From the IMG/VR virus record IMGVR_UViG_3300037045_000332, positions 1-32,704 of that record: a stretch of DNA of 32,704 bases; one strand, given 5' to 3'. Each line of letters opens with the position of its first letter. Position 1 is the stretch's first letter. Made by a program: the position numbers and the translations under genes. Origin of the DNA: a virus. Its lineage: Duplodnaviria; Caudoviricetes. A model generated the notes under the pieces. It saw only the letters and a list, made by a program, of their open reading frames with translations. It was not told where the DNA came from and searched no databases. Positions 17,389-26,371 of the stretch are shown in pieces.

Positions 17389-17392
17389 AGTT

Positions 17393-20290
17393 ATGGAAGT
17401 AGCAAAGTTTCTAAATGAAGTATATAAGGGTTGTACCGAAGGCTACATCACACTGATGACGATCCCGGAACGTGACACTTACTGGTTTAAAGCCACTGAA
17501 ACGGATCAAGCGGCAAAGAAAGCTGTGGAGCTTGGAAAAACAACCAACACCTTCTTCGGGGTGGGACTACGAAAGCAAGTACTCTCCTTCAACCTTCGCG
17601 GAAATGAAGATGACATCCTAAGCGTGCCAGCCCTTTATGCAGACATCGACATCAAAGGGGAAGCCCACGCGGAGCATGACCTACCAGAGAATAGAGATGT
17701 CGCTATGCAGTTTATGAAGAGCCTGCCTATCCCAGCAAGTATCATTGTCTGGTCGGGGAATGGCCTTCATGCCTACTGGCTTCTTGATCAGCCGTTTATC
17801 ATCAGCTCCCAGGAGTCAAAAAAGAAGATTCAGGGAATCATGGAAGGTTGGGGCCGACACGTTAACGAAAGAGCAAAGATGCTGGGATGGAGACTCGATT
17901 CGGTCTATGACCTTCCTCGGGTCCTGAGAGTGCCTGAGACAGTGAATCATAAGACGAAGGACCAAGGAAAATGCCTCGTCATGGAAAGCAGCCTCAAAAG
18001 ATACGAACTATCCGTCTTTGAGCGTTATCAAACCCTGAAGAAACCCATTGAGGAGAGAATCGAATATAAGAATGCTCAAGCAGGTTCCGCTGAAAGGATC
18101 CTTGAAAAGTGCAGCTTCATGCAGCACTGCAAGACGGATGCGATGAGGCTGCCCGAACCGCACTGGCATGCGATGATCAGTAACCTCTCACTTGCGAAAG
18201 ACGGACCAGAGGTGGTCCATGCACTGAGCAGCGCCTATCCCAAATACGATAAGGCGGAGACCGCAGTAAAGATCAAGCGGGCCATCAAAGAAAATAAGCC
18301 GCATACCTGCAGCTATATCCAAGATCGGCTGGGTTTCACCTGCGGCTTCGACTGCAAAGTCAAAGCACCCGTTGTCCATGGCGTGGCATCCAAAGAAGAT
18401 CTTGTCAGGGAATATGTGGCGAAGGAGGTTGTGAGCGCTGATCTTGTCTTCACAGAAGAAAACATCAAGCTCATGGCCTATGCCAAGATTCACCTCCCGG
18501 CAGAGTATGCAAAATACAAAATGAAACTGAAAAATAAAGTGAGTATCCGGGACTTTGAGGCCATCGTCAAACACCAGCTGCAGGAGAAGCATAATGCCAT
18601 AGCTCCGGAGAAAGATATTCCGCTCTATTTAGATGGACTCCAGCTCCAAGGAGCTGTGCTTCCACATGGCTGGGAGGTGACCATGGAGCATGGGGTGAGA
18701 AGGTATACCGCCTCAAGTGAAGGGACCATCGTCACAACGGTTTGCCCGTCAGCCATCGTCATCACCAAGCGCCTGGAGAATCTGGACGATGAATCGGAGA
18801 AGGTGGAGCTGACGTTCTTTAGGAACAAGCGCTGGAAGCGGATCCTCAGCATTCCTTCCCAGGTCTTTAATAAGGCCTCCATCATGAAATTTGCAGATGC
18901 CGGTCTTCCGGTAAGTTCAGACTCCTCGGGGGAGCTTGTAAAATTCCTCTGGGACTACGAACTCAAAAACAAGAAGGAAATCCCCATGGTGAAGTCCATC
19001 TCTCGGGTGGGATGGTTCGGCAAACAGTTCTTTCCCTATGTGGCCAAAGATGAGATCATCTTCGATGCAGAGCATAAAGAAGGTATCGAAATCATCAAGA
19101 GCATGAAGAAAAAAGGGGACTATGATCTTTGGAAAATGAATACGATAAAAGCGAGGGAGAACGCCATTGCCCGGTTTCTCATCGCAGCCTCCTTCGCCTC
19201 GCCGCTCCTTGAACCCTTGCAGCACCGGGTGTTCTTTGTCCATATCTGGAATGACTCGAAGAGTGGGAAGACCGCTGCGCTGAAGCTCGGGTTAAGCGTT
19301 TGGGGGAATCCATGCAGCCTCATGGGAAGCTTTAATGCGACGACCGTGGGATTGGAGCGGATGGCATCTACCCTAAACCACCTGCCCTTTGCCATTGATG
19401 AGCTCCAGGTACTTAATGAGAAACGCTTATCCGCGGAGAATATCATCTATGGTCTCTCTATGGGTTTTGGAAGGCTGAGAGGAACTAAGGAAGGTGGCGT
19501 CCAGGAAAAAACCCAGTGGAGAAATATTGTCATCACATCGGGAGAGCAGCCCCTATCAAAGGAGAACTCGAATGATGGCGCCTTGACCAGGGTCTTTGAA
19601 CTTTATGGAAGACCAGTGCAGGATGAGAAATTCGCACATGACCTGCACCTTCTCAGTGAAACGAATTATGGCCATGCTGGAGCAGATTACATCAAGTTTC
19701 TGACTGCAGAGATTTCAAAGGGTGATGCCATGCGGGAAGCCTATAATAAGCTCCTAGCAGAAATTGGAAAGACCTATTCCCGGACCATGAAAGACACCCC
19801 AAGCAGTCATCTCGATAACGTGGCCATGGTGTGCCTTGGCGACTATTATGCTTCGATCTCCGTATTTGGAAAAACCAAGGAGTCTGCATGGAAGGAAGCA
19901 GTGGAGCTTGGAACAGTGATCCTTGCGAATAATAAGCAGCTGGAGCGGGAGGATACGGTGAAACGTGCCTGGGACTTCGTGACCGGGTGGATCATCGGTA
20001 ATTTGACAAGGTTCACGAACGAAGCAACACCCTGTTATGGGATGGTTGAAAATGGAAAATTCTACATCATTCCTGCCTATCTTCGCGAAGCTCTGGAGAA
20101 CAACGGGTTCGATTTTAGCAAGGTGACTCGGGGTTTTAAGGAGAGAGGACACATCGAGAGGACACAGGATGCCCATGGTCACTACAAGATCCACATTCAG
20201 AAAAGGATCAATGGAGTGTCGTGTAAAGTCATTGTGGCTCAATTAGATTCGGGCGTTCATGAAGCCATTCCACTAGCTGGAAAAAGGTAA
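17393..20290 (+). CDS. Primase-helicase: AEP/RepB-like primase, Cys-rich domain and DUF927 helicase
   Basis: AEP motifs ADIDIK, SGNGLHAYW and DLPRVLRVP. Cys cluster CSFMQHC...HTC...C...C. DUF927-type SRVGW, SKSGKT, IDE, GRLRG, SGE and NYGHAG. Confidence 0.85.
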   Translation: MEVAKFLNEVYKGCTEGYITLMTIPERDTYWFKATETDQAAKKAVELGKTTNTFFGVGLRKQVLSFNLRGNEDDILSVPALYADIDIKGEAHAEHDLPENRDVAMQFMKSLPIPASIIVWSGNGLHAYWLLDQPFIISSQESKKKIQGIMEGWGRHVNERAKMLGWRLDSVYDLPRVLRVPETVNHKTKDQGKCLVMESSLKRYELSVFERYQTLKKPIEERIEYKNAQAGSAERILEKCSFMQHCKTDAMRLPEPHWHAMISNLSLAKDGPEVVHALSSAYPKYDKAETAVKIKRAIKENKPHTCSYIQDRLGFTCGFDCKVKAPVVHGVASKEDLVREYVAKEVVSADLVFTEENIKLMAYAKIHLPAEYAKYKMKLKNKVSIRDFEAIVKHQLQEKHNAIAPEKDIPLYLDGLQLQGAVLPHGWEVTMEHGVRRYTASSEGTIVTTVCPSAIVITKRLENLDDESEKVELTFFRNKRWKRILSIPSQVFNKASIMKFADAGLPVSSDSSGELVKFLWDYELKNKKEIPMVKSISRVGWFGKQFFPYVAKDEIIFDAEHKEGIEIIKSMKKKGDYDLWKMNTIKARENAIARFLIAASFASPLLEPLQHRVFFVHIWNDSKSGKTAALKLGLSVWGNPCSLMGSFNATTVGLERMASTLNHLPFAIDELQVLNEKRLSAENIIYGLSMGFGRLRGTKEGGVQEKTQWRNIVITSGEQPLSKENSNDGALTRVFELYGRPVQDEKFAHDLHLLSETNYGHAGADYIKFLTAEISKGDAMREAYNKLLAEIGKTYSRTMKDTPSSHLDNVAMVCLGDYYASISVFGKTKESAWKEAVELGTVILANNKQLEREDTVKRAWDFVTGWIIGNLTRFTNEATPCYGMVENGKFYIIPAYLREALENNGFDFSKVTRGFKERGHIERTQDAHGHYKIHIQKRINGVSCKVIVAQLDSGVHEAIPLAGKR

Positions 20291-20302
20291 ATTTAAGCAG
20301 GC

Positions 20303-20587
20303 TGTTTCCTCTGTTTCCTTGTTTCCTCAGTTTTCCCCCCATTAAGCTATATATATAATAATAAATAAACGTAACGTGTATTAAATGGATCTCCATACGT
20401 AGTGTGTGATTACAGGAAACAGAGGTAACAAGGAAACATATATAATAATAATAGATAATATAATAAGTAATTAATAATAGAATAAAGTAATAATTGATAG
20501 ATTGGCAGAATAAACAGGCTTCAATTAATAATGTGGAATTTGAAGCCTGTTACCTGATTGTTCCCTGTAAAGAAAGGACAGGAAACA
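20303..20587. repeat. Iteron array with AT-rich tract; putative phage replication origin
   Basis: TGTTTCCT at 20303, 20312 and 20320. Inverted AGG(A/T)AACA at 20414, 20423 and 20431. TAATAA-rich tract about 20439-20495. 12-bp inverted repeat 20513-20551. Further copies at 20548, 20559 and 20580. Confidence 0.7.
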
Positions 20588-20645
20588 GGGGCGAAAAGGG
20601 TATACGGATATCCTCGTATGCTGTATCTATCAAGGATAGGAGTTT

Positions 20646-20930
20646 ATGGCAGAAAAAGACATCGTCGCAAGGATCTTAAAGTATTTAAAGACTGAACCCG
20701 ACTGCTTCGCCTGGAAAGAGCATGGCGGTATTTACGGGACAGCGGGTATTCCAGACATCATCTGTTGCTTCAGGGGCCAGTTCGTGGCGTTTGAAGTGAA
20801 GACGGAAATAGGAAAACTTACAAAGCTACAAAAAACAACGATACAACGAATCAAAGATGCGAAGGGCAAAGCCTACAAAGTGACAAGTGTCGAAGAAGTG
20901 AAACAAATACTTGAAAACTTGGAGGGTTAA
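20646..20930 (+). CDS. VRR-NUC domain nuclease (putative Holliday junction resolvase)
   Basis: EKDI...GIPDII...FEVK...LQ motif set, 94 aa. Confidence 0.88.
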   Translation: MAEKDIVARILKYLKTEPDCFAWKEHGGIYGTAGIPDIICCFRGQFVAFEVKTEIGKLTKLQKTTIQRIKDAKGKAYKVTSVEEVKQILENLEG

Positions 20931-20934
20931 CCGT

Positions 20935-21348
20935 ATGAACGCACAGGAATATTTATCACAAGCCATGATCCTGAATAAGGTAATTGACTGCAAGCTCGCT
21001 CAGGCTTACGAATGGCGATGCCTGGCTGAAAAAACCACAGCATTTATTCAACCGGATAAAGTCATGAATTCAAAAAGCAAAAGCCCAATGGAAGAGACCA
21101 TGATAAAAATCATTCTGCTTGAACACGAAGTCAATAAAGAGATCGATAAGCTGGTGGACCTGAAGAAGGAGATTGGGGATTCGATCAAGTCGGTTGAAGA
21201 TCTGACGCTAAGAAGCATTCTCGAGTATAGGTACTTATTGGGACGTAGTTGGTATGAGATTTCAAAGTACCTTGACGTAGATTTAAGGTGGACGTATCGG
21301 CTGCATGGAAAGGCACTAAAGGCTTTTGAAGAAAGTAAACTGATATAA
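20935..21348 (+). CDS. RinA/ArpU/DUF1492-like late transcriptional activator
   Basis: MNAQEYLSQA...ILEYRYL..SWYEI...TYRLHGKAL, a sigma-region-4-like C-terminus. GGAGG upstream of ATG 20935. Last gene of the early module. Confidence 0.8.
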   Translation: MNAQEYLSQAMILNKVIDCKLAQAYEWRCLAEKTTAFIQPDKVMNSKSKSPMEETMIKIILLEHEVNKEIDKLVDLKKEIGDSIKSVEDLTLRSILEYRYLLGRSWYEISKYLDVDLRWTYRLHGKALKAFEESKLI

Positions 21349-21350
21349 TC

Positions 21351-21388
21351 TAAAAAGCTGGTAAACTTCAATGCTTACCAGCTTTTTA
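21351..21388. terminator. Bidirectional intrinsic terminator
   Basis: 14-bp perfect inverted repeat TAAAAAGCTGGTAA / TTACCAGCTTTTTA. Confidence 0.8.
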
Positions 21389-21465
21389 TTCTTGATGCAG
21401 ATATTTCCCTAGTGGAATTAAAATATATGATAATATTGTATTAAATAAGTCTGTAGGAGGGAATT

Positions 21466-22362
21466 GTGAATAAGCCCATAAAACAACATTATGTCCCTAA
21501 AGTGTATTTAACCAATTTTTGCGATCCAATGCTTAAAAATAAGCACCTGCATGTATTTGATAAAAATGATAAACGTTATTTTAATGCTCATATTAATGAT
21601 ATTGGGTTTAGTAAAAATACCTATACAATTGAATCTCCAGGTTATGAGTATTTTTACGAATATTTATATAATAAACAGTACGATAGCAAAATGAATGGGC
21701 TAATAAATAAGCTTTCTGTTCTAGCCACAGTTGGAAACTTTGATGTTCCCATACTTCATGATTCTTTTCGTACTGAAGTAGCTGATATGTTATTTGGCCA
21801 ATTAATGCGAACACCTAAGGCTTATGATACATTTTTAACCTCAGGCTATATAAATGCAAATAAAACATTATTGGATTTTCGTAGAGCTTTAAGTAGCTCG
21901 ATATCAGATAATCAGAAGGAATTATTAGACAGGCTTGCAATAACCGATGATTATATAAAATCAAATGTACTAAAACTTGTTAATGAGCCAGCCAGAATAC
22001 AGAAGCTAACTAACTATATTAAAAAAAAGACTTGGATACTTTACTACAACTCAATTTCGAGTACAAATCCATTTATAACTAGTGATCATCCAGTGTGTTA
22101 TTTCAATTTTGCAACGAAAAGTACAGGTTTCGATGATAATGGGTTAGGAGTCCAAACTACTGCAATATTTTATCCCATAACCCCAAAAATTCTTATAGCC
22201 ATATACCCTAATCAATGTTTATTTGATGAAATCAAATTGGTAGATGGACAGAAATTTATCGCCGATGATTCGTCGTTTGTGAATACAATGAATGACCTTC
22301 AGTACCGACAATGTAAAAGACAAATTTATTCCTCTATGGAGTATATCCCTAAAAATATTTAA
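21466..22362 (+). CDS. DUF4238-family protein; AT-rich moron, possible anti-phage gene
   Basis: N-terminal KQHYVPKVYL..F, internal QLMRTP and FITSDHPV, YPITPK, and C-terminal N..Q..Q..R.IYS. RBS AGGAGG. Sharply AT-rich compared with the flanks. Confidence 0.8.
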   Translation: MNKPIKQHYVPKVYLTNFCDPMLKNKHLHVFDKNDKRYFNAHINDIGFSKNTYTIESPGYEYFYEYLYNKQYDSKMNGLINKLSVLATVGNFDVPILHDSFRTEVADMLFGQLMRTPKAYDTFLTSGYINANKTLLDFRRALSSSISDNQKELLDRLAITDDYIKSNVLKLVNEPARIQKLTNYIKKKTWILYYNSISSTNPFITSDHPVCYFNFATKSTGFDDNGLGVQTTAIFYPITPKILIAIYPNQCLFDEIKLVDGQKFIADDSSFVNTMNDLQYRQCKRQIYSSMEYIPKNI

Positions 22363-22525
22363 ACTGACCATTTCAAGCCACTCCCAATCTATGATATATT
22401 GTACGTGTAAAGGATTAAGACACGGTAAGGATGTTGCCAAGATATTCTGTGAAACCAAAAAGTTGTCCGGAATGTCCGGCGCACTTATGATATGATGTCT
22501 GTGTGAAGAATTAAAATTAACATCA

Positions 22526-22559
22526 GAGCCTTTGGAGACTTGATCTCTGAGGGCTTTTT
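22526..22559 (+). other. Leader hairpin with T-tract at the start of the late operon
   Basis: AGAGCCTTTGGAGA-CTTGA-TCTCTGAGGGCTTTT (includes G-U pairs) directly before the HNH RBS. Confidence 0.5.
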
Positions 22560-22580
22560 ATATGCAAGGAGTGCAGAGCG

Positions 22581-22934
22581 ATGCCCATGAAACCAAAGAA
22601 ACCCTGCAAACATCCTGGCTGTCCCTCTCTGACTGATGGCACCTATTGTGAGGAACACGTTAAGCTCCACACTACTGATAGACTTGGTGCAAGCAGGAGA
22701 GGATACGATAGTAGGTGGAGGAAGGCTAAGAAGACCTTTCTTGATTCCCATCCACTATGTATTCACTGCATGAAGAAGGGTGAGCTGACCAAGGCCGTAG
22801 CTGTTGATCATGTTCTCCCTCATCGAGGTGACCAAAACCTCTTCTGGGATCAAGGGAACTGGCAAGCCCTTTGTATCAAATGTCACAATCGGAAAACGAG
22901 GATGGAGGACCAGCATCCAACCTACAAGTACTGA
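22581..22934 (+). CDS. Terminase-associated HNH endonuclease (HK97 gp74-like)
   Basis: PCKHPGC...YCEEH, RGYDSRW, PLCIHC, VDHVLPH, NWQALCIKCHNRK. Confidence 0.9.
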   Translation: MPMKPKKPCKHPGCPSLTDGTYCEEHVKLHTTDRLGASRRGYDSRWRKAKKTFLDSHPLCIHCMKKGELTKAVAVDHVLPHRGDQNLFWDQGNWQALCIKCHNRKTRMEDQHPTYKY

Positions 22935-22944
22935 AAACGTTACA

Positions 22945-23125
22945 TGGAGGGGAGGGGGCTGTAAATCCTTGGGGCTCAACGGGTTTAGACCGCGCCCCCC
23001 TCAGGCGTGAATTTTCGCGAAATTCGATAAGGGGGGTCCCGTAGTTTGGAACCTCGGAGCCGCTTCTCAACTGGGAATCAAAGCGCTCTCTAAATTGATT
23101 TTCGCGAAATGATTTGAACTGGGAA
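22945..23125. other. Putative cos/packaging initiation region
   Basis: G-rich block then GACCGCGCCCCCC right after the HNH gene. Repeated near-palindrome ATTTTCGCGAAAT (23011, 23098) and repeated AACTGGGAA (23069, 23117). Confidence 0.55.
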
Positions 23126-23226
23126 AGAGTAATCAATACCATATTTTAAACGCTAAGGTGACCTGAGAAATCAGGAATCCAAGGCGTTTTTTAGTTTGCA
23201 GCAACAGTTTTGAAAGGGGCAAAAGT

Positions 23227-23664
23227 ATGACAGACGTTGAGCGACAAAAGATTACGGAGCTTCGGATCAATGGCGTGGGCTATAAGGCCATTGCAGCAAG
23301 CCTTGGGATGAATAGGAGCAATGTCCGGCGCTTCTGCCAGCGTCATGGGATTGCAGGAGATTCTGTGGTTGTGGCTTTAAACCTTGAAGAACAGAAGAAT
23401 TCCTCGATGATTTGCAAGCAGTGTTACAAGGCGTTGAAGCAGACAATTAGGGGAAGGACCCGCAAGTTCTGCTCGGAAGAATGTCGAAGGAACTGGTGGA
23501 GGCTGCACCCCGAAGCGAGGCAGAAGAATGAGAAAGCCCTAGTCAAAATGACCTGCCACCATTGCGCTGAAGAATTCGATAGCTATGGAAATGCCCGGAG
23601 GAAGTTCTGCAGTCACAACTGCTACATCAAATCTAGATTTTGGAGTGAAGAAGATGGAATTTAA
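23227..23664 (+). CDS. HTH plus Zn-finger phage protein
   Basis: N-terminal GYKAIAASLG..RSNVRRF HTH. Two CxxC...KFCSxxC treble-clef-like repeats. Confidence 0.75.
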   Translation: MTDVERQKITELRINGVGYKAIAASLGMNRSNVRRFCQRHGIAGDSVVVALNLEEQKNSSMICKQCYKALKQTIRGRTRKFCSEECRRNWWRLHPEARQKNEKALVKMTCHHCAEEFDSYGNARRKFCSHNCYIKSRFWSEEDGI

Positions 23665-24904
23665 GAAAATGAGGATCGATGAGCTGATCCCTGCAGATTA
23701 CAACCCCAGGAAGAAGCTGAAGCCGGGAGACAAGGAATTCGAGAAAATTAAGGGTAGCATCAAGGAATTTGGATATGTTGATCCCGTGATTGTGAATAAG
23801 GATAGGACAGTCATTGGTGGACATCAGAGGCTTACAGTCCTCAAGGAGCTTGGTTTCACGGAGATCGATTGTGTGGTCATCGACATCGACAAGACCAAGG
23901 AGAAGGCACTGAACATCGCACTGAACAAAATCAGTGGAGAATGGAACAAGGAGCTCCTTGCAGACCTAATCCTGGACCTGCAGAAACTGGATTATGATGT
24001 CGCCTGCACTGGGTTCGACCCACCAGAAATCGATCAGCTCTTCAATGAGGTCCATAGCAAAGAGATCGAGGAAGATGACTTCGATGTGGATAAGGAGCTT
24101 GGTGAACCTGCGCTTTCCAGGCAAGGAGACCTATGGCATCTTGGAAGGCACCGGCTTGTCTGTGGAGACAGCACTGATCCTGAGGCGTACACGTTGCTCA
24201 TGGCAGGAAGGAAAGCGAACCTGGTCGTTACGGACCCTCCATATAACGTCGACTACTCAGCACAGGCAGGGAGTATCCAGAACGACAACATGAAAGACCA
24301 GGACTTTTATAATTTCCTTTTCAGCGCATTCAAGAACATGGCACAGTGGATGGAGATGGATGCTTCCATTTATGTTTTCCATGCGGACAACCAGGGCTAC
24401 AACTTCAGAAAGGCTTTCATGGATGCTGGCTTCTATCAGTCGAGTACCTGTATATGGGCGAAGCAAAGGTTGGTCCTAGGCAAAAGTCCATACCAATGGA
24501 AGCACGAACCCATACTTTACGGCTGGCAGAAGGGCGGAAAGCATAACTGGTATGCGGACCGGAAACAGAGCACCATCTGGAACTTTGACCGTCCCTCCAA
24601 GAATGAGCTGCATCCAACGATGAAGCCGATTGCTCTTTGTGCCTATCCCATCCAGAACAGCTGCATGAGCAACTGCATTGTCCTTGATCCCTTTGGCGGA
24701 AGTGGCTCTACCTTGATTGCCTGTGACCAGACGGACAGAGTATGCCATACCATCGAACTCGACGAAAAATATGCCGATGTCATTGTGAAAAGATACATCG
24801 ATCAAGTAGGAAGCAGCGATCAGGTTTACAGAGTTAGAAACGGTGAAAAGGTATGCTATGTGGACATTGTAAAAGAAGATGTGCCTCGTAATGACCTGCC
24901 TTAA
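23654..24904 (+). CDS. ParB-like N-terminal domain fused to an N6A/N4C DNA methyltransferase
   Basis: PADYNPRK...FGYVDPVIV...IGGHQR (ParB/Srx), then TDPPYN, HPTMKP and DPFGGSGST. Start placed at ATG 23654, overlapping the upstream gene end. Confidence 0.9.
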   Translation: MEFKKMRIDELIPADYNPRKKLKPGDKEFEKIKGSIKEFGYVDPVIVNKDRTVIGGHQRLTVLKELGFTEIDCVVIDIDKTKEKALNIALNKISGEWNKELLADLILDLQKLDYDVACTGFDPPEIDQLFNEVHSKEIEEDDFDVDKELGEPALSRQGDLWHLGRHRLVCGDSTDPEAYTLLMAGRKANLVVTDPPYNVDYSAQAGSIQNDNMKDQDFYNFLFSAFKNMAQWMEMDASIYVFHADNQGYNFRKAFMDAGFYQSSTCIWAKQRLVLGKSPYQWKHEPILYGWQKGGKHNWYADRKQSTIWNFDRPSKNELHPTMKPIALCAYPIQNSCMSNCIVLDPFGGSGSTLIACDQTDRVCHTIELDEKYADVIVKRYIDQVGSSDQVYRVRNGEKVCYVDIVKEDVPRNDLP

Positions 24905-24973
24905 TCAGCGAAAGAACTCTACTGTATTTCTTTATCCGAAGTGCGGTGTTAATGTCAATAATCGGATAAACTA

Positions 24974-25007
24974 CTTGCTATAACCCTCGTTTAGAGTGAT
25001 AGATGTA
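24974..25007 (+). promoter_or_regulatory. Promoter-like motif, copy 1 (CTTGCTA-N13-GAGTGATA-N-ATGTA)
   Basis: Near-identical motif with the same spacing at 28510-28543. Lies about 30 bp upstream of a gene with a strong RBS. Confidence 0.65.
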
Positions 25008-25036
25008 CTACCACAAATATACAGGAGGGATTTAGC

Positions 25037-25834
25037 ATGGAAAAGAAGGAAATCATCAAAGCACTAGAAGAGAAGTTCGGGGTGAAGGCCAGGTATCAAG
25101 GGACACCGAGTTTCGCCTACGAGATCGAAGGAGAAGGGGAAATCTACACGGTAACAAGGCAAGGAGCGGTTCTTCATGAAGGGGTAGAGGTTCCACTCGA
25201 AAGAATTCTGCGAGGCCATGAAGAAGAGGCATCAAAGGAATTAGAACCTGAAGCAAAAGCCAATGAAGAACAATTCAGGATGGAAACCCTGGAGCTTAGC
25301 CTTGAAGGGCACACGCCAAACTCCATAAGGAACTTCATCAACATGGTTTCTAGCAAGCAAAGGTTAGTTGCCCTGGCGATGGAAAAGGAATGGCATCCCA
25401 TTGGTACAGGAACCGAGGAGGATTGGAACCCGCTGCAAAGGGGAGTTGCGGAAGAACTTTCAGCTCAGAAATTTGAAACCCTTCAAGACATGGCTGCGGC
25501 CTTAACCGAGCTCCAGCCGAGGATGCCCGGAATGGAATTCAATCTTTTAGATGATCGACCCAAGGTACAGATTAACCTTGGAGACCTTGAAGAAGTAAAA
25601 GCTGAGGCCGTAAGCACACTCCTGGAAGCCACATTGAGTTTTGCAAAAACCTTAAGGCATGCTTCCTTCAAGGAGACGCAAGAAGACAACCCTAAATTCG
25701 CCATGCGGACTTGGATGATCAGGCTTGGCCTGAACGGTCCTGAGCACAAAGAGACGAGGAAGATTATCCTGGGAGCCTTGGAAGGGAACGCCGCATTCCG
25801 GACGGGTCCCAAAGAAAAGATAATGAAAGAATAG
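25037..25834 (+). CDS. Conserved prophage accessory protein of unknown function (family often labelled 'virulence-related protein')
   Basis: ARYQGTPSFAYEI N-terminus and NPKFAMRTWMIRLG...RKIIL..LEGNAAFR C-terminus. Has its own promoter motif and terminator. Confidence 0.65.
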   Translation: MEKKEIIKALEEKFGVKARYQGTPSFAYEIEGEGEIYTVTRQGAVLHEGVEVPLERILRGHEEEASKELEPEAKANEEQFRMETLELSLEGHTPNSIRNFINMVSSKQRLVALAMEKEWHPIGTGTEEDWNPLQRGVAEELSAQKFETLQDMAAALTELQPRMPGMEFNLLDDRPKVQINLGDLEEVKAEAVSTLLEATLSFAKTLRHASFKETQEDNPKFAMRTWMIRLGLNGPEHKETRKIILGALEGNAAFRTGPKEKIMKE

Positions 25835-25846
25835 TAACGACGCCAC

Positions 25847-25868
25847 AGGAGCCTTCGGGCTCCTTTTT
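25847..25868 (+). terminator. Intrinsic terminator with cUUCGg loop
   Basis: AGGAGCC-TTCG-GGCTCCT-TTTT. Confidence 0.85.
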
Positions 25869-25888
25869 CGTTGAGGGAGGTGATGACC

Positions 25889-26371
25889 ATGGCCATAAGA
25901 GGAAGAAAGCCCAAGCCGACGGCGGTGAAGGTGCTGGAGGGCAATCCTGGGAAGCGGGAGCTCAATCCATTTGAACCTAAAGTAGATAAGAAAGCGCCAA
26001 GATGTCCGACCTGGCTGGATCCTGAAGCGAAGAAGGAATGGCGAAGGACAGGGAAACTCCTGGAAAACATGGGCATCCTTTCTGAAGTCGATATGGCCGC
26101 CTTCGCAGGGTACTGTCAGGCCTACGCCAGGTGGAAAGAAGCAGAGGAGTTCATCTCCAAACACGGGACCATCGTGAAGACGCCATCAGGTTACTGGCAG
26201 CAGGTTCCACAGGTTTCCATCGCGCAGACTTATCTCAAGATCATGAACCGCTTCTGTGAGCAGTTCGGTCTGACGCCATCTGCAAGGAGCAGGATCGTAG
26301 CAGATAAGCCGCTGGAAAGTGACGATCCCATGGAGCTCCTTCTTTTGAAAGGTGGTGCTTCAGGTTCATGA
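25889..26371 (+). CDS. terS: Terminase small subunit, P27 family
   Basis: GRKPKPT..K.LEGNPGKR, P.WL...AKKEW, YCQAY and FGLTPSARSRI. Confidence 0.93.
   Translation: MAIRGRKPKPTAVKVLEGNPGKRELNPFEPKVDKKAPRCPTWLDPEAKKEWRRTGKLLENMGILSEVDMAAFAGYCQAYARWKEAEEFISKHGTIVKTPSGYWQQVPQVSIAQTYLKIMNRFCEQFGLTPSARSRIVADKPLESDDPMELLLLKGGASGS

Noticed and set aside
20303-20587. Possible CRISPR or mini-array
   Set aside because: The repeats are only 8 bp, occur in both orientations and have no regular spacers.
20494-20679. 61-aa ORF in the origin-like region
   Set aside because: TTG start with no RBS, and it overlies iterons and an inverted repeat. Better explained as non-coding.
25037-25834. Virulence factor
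   Set aside because: The family label is only an inherited annotation. Nothing in the sequence (signal peptide, toxin motif) supports virulence.
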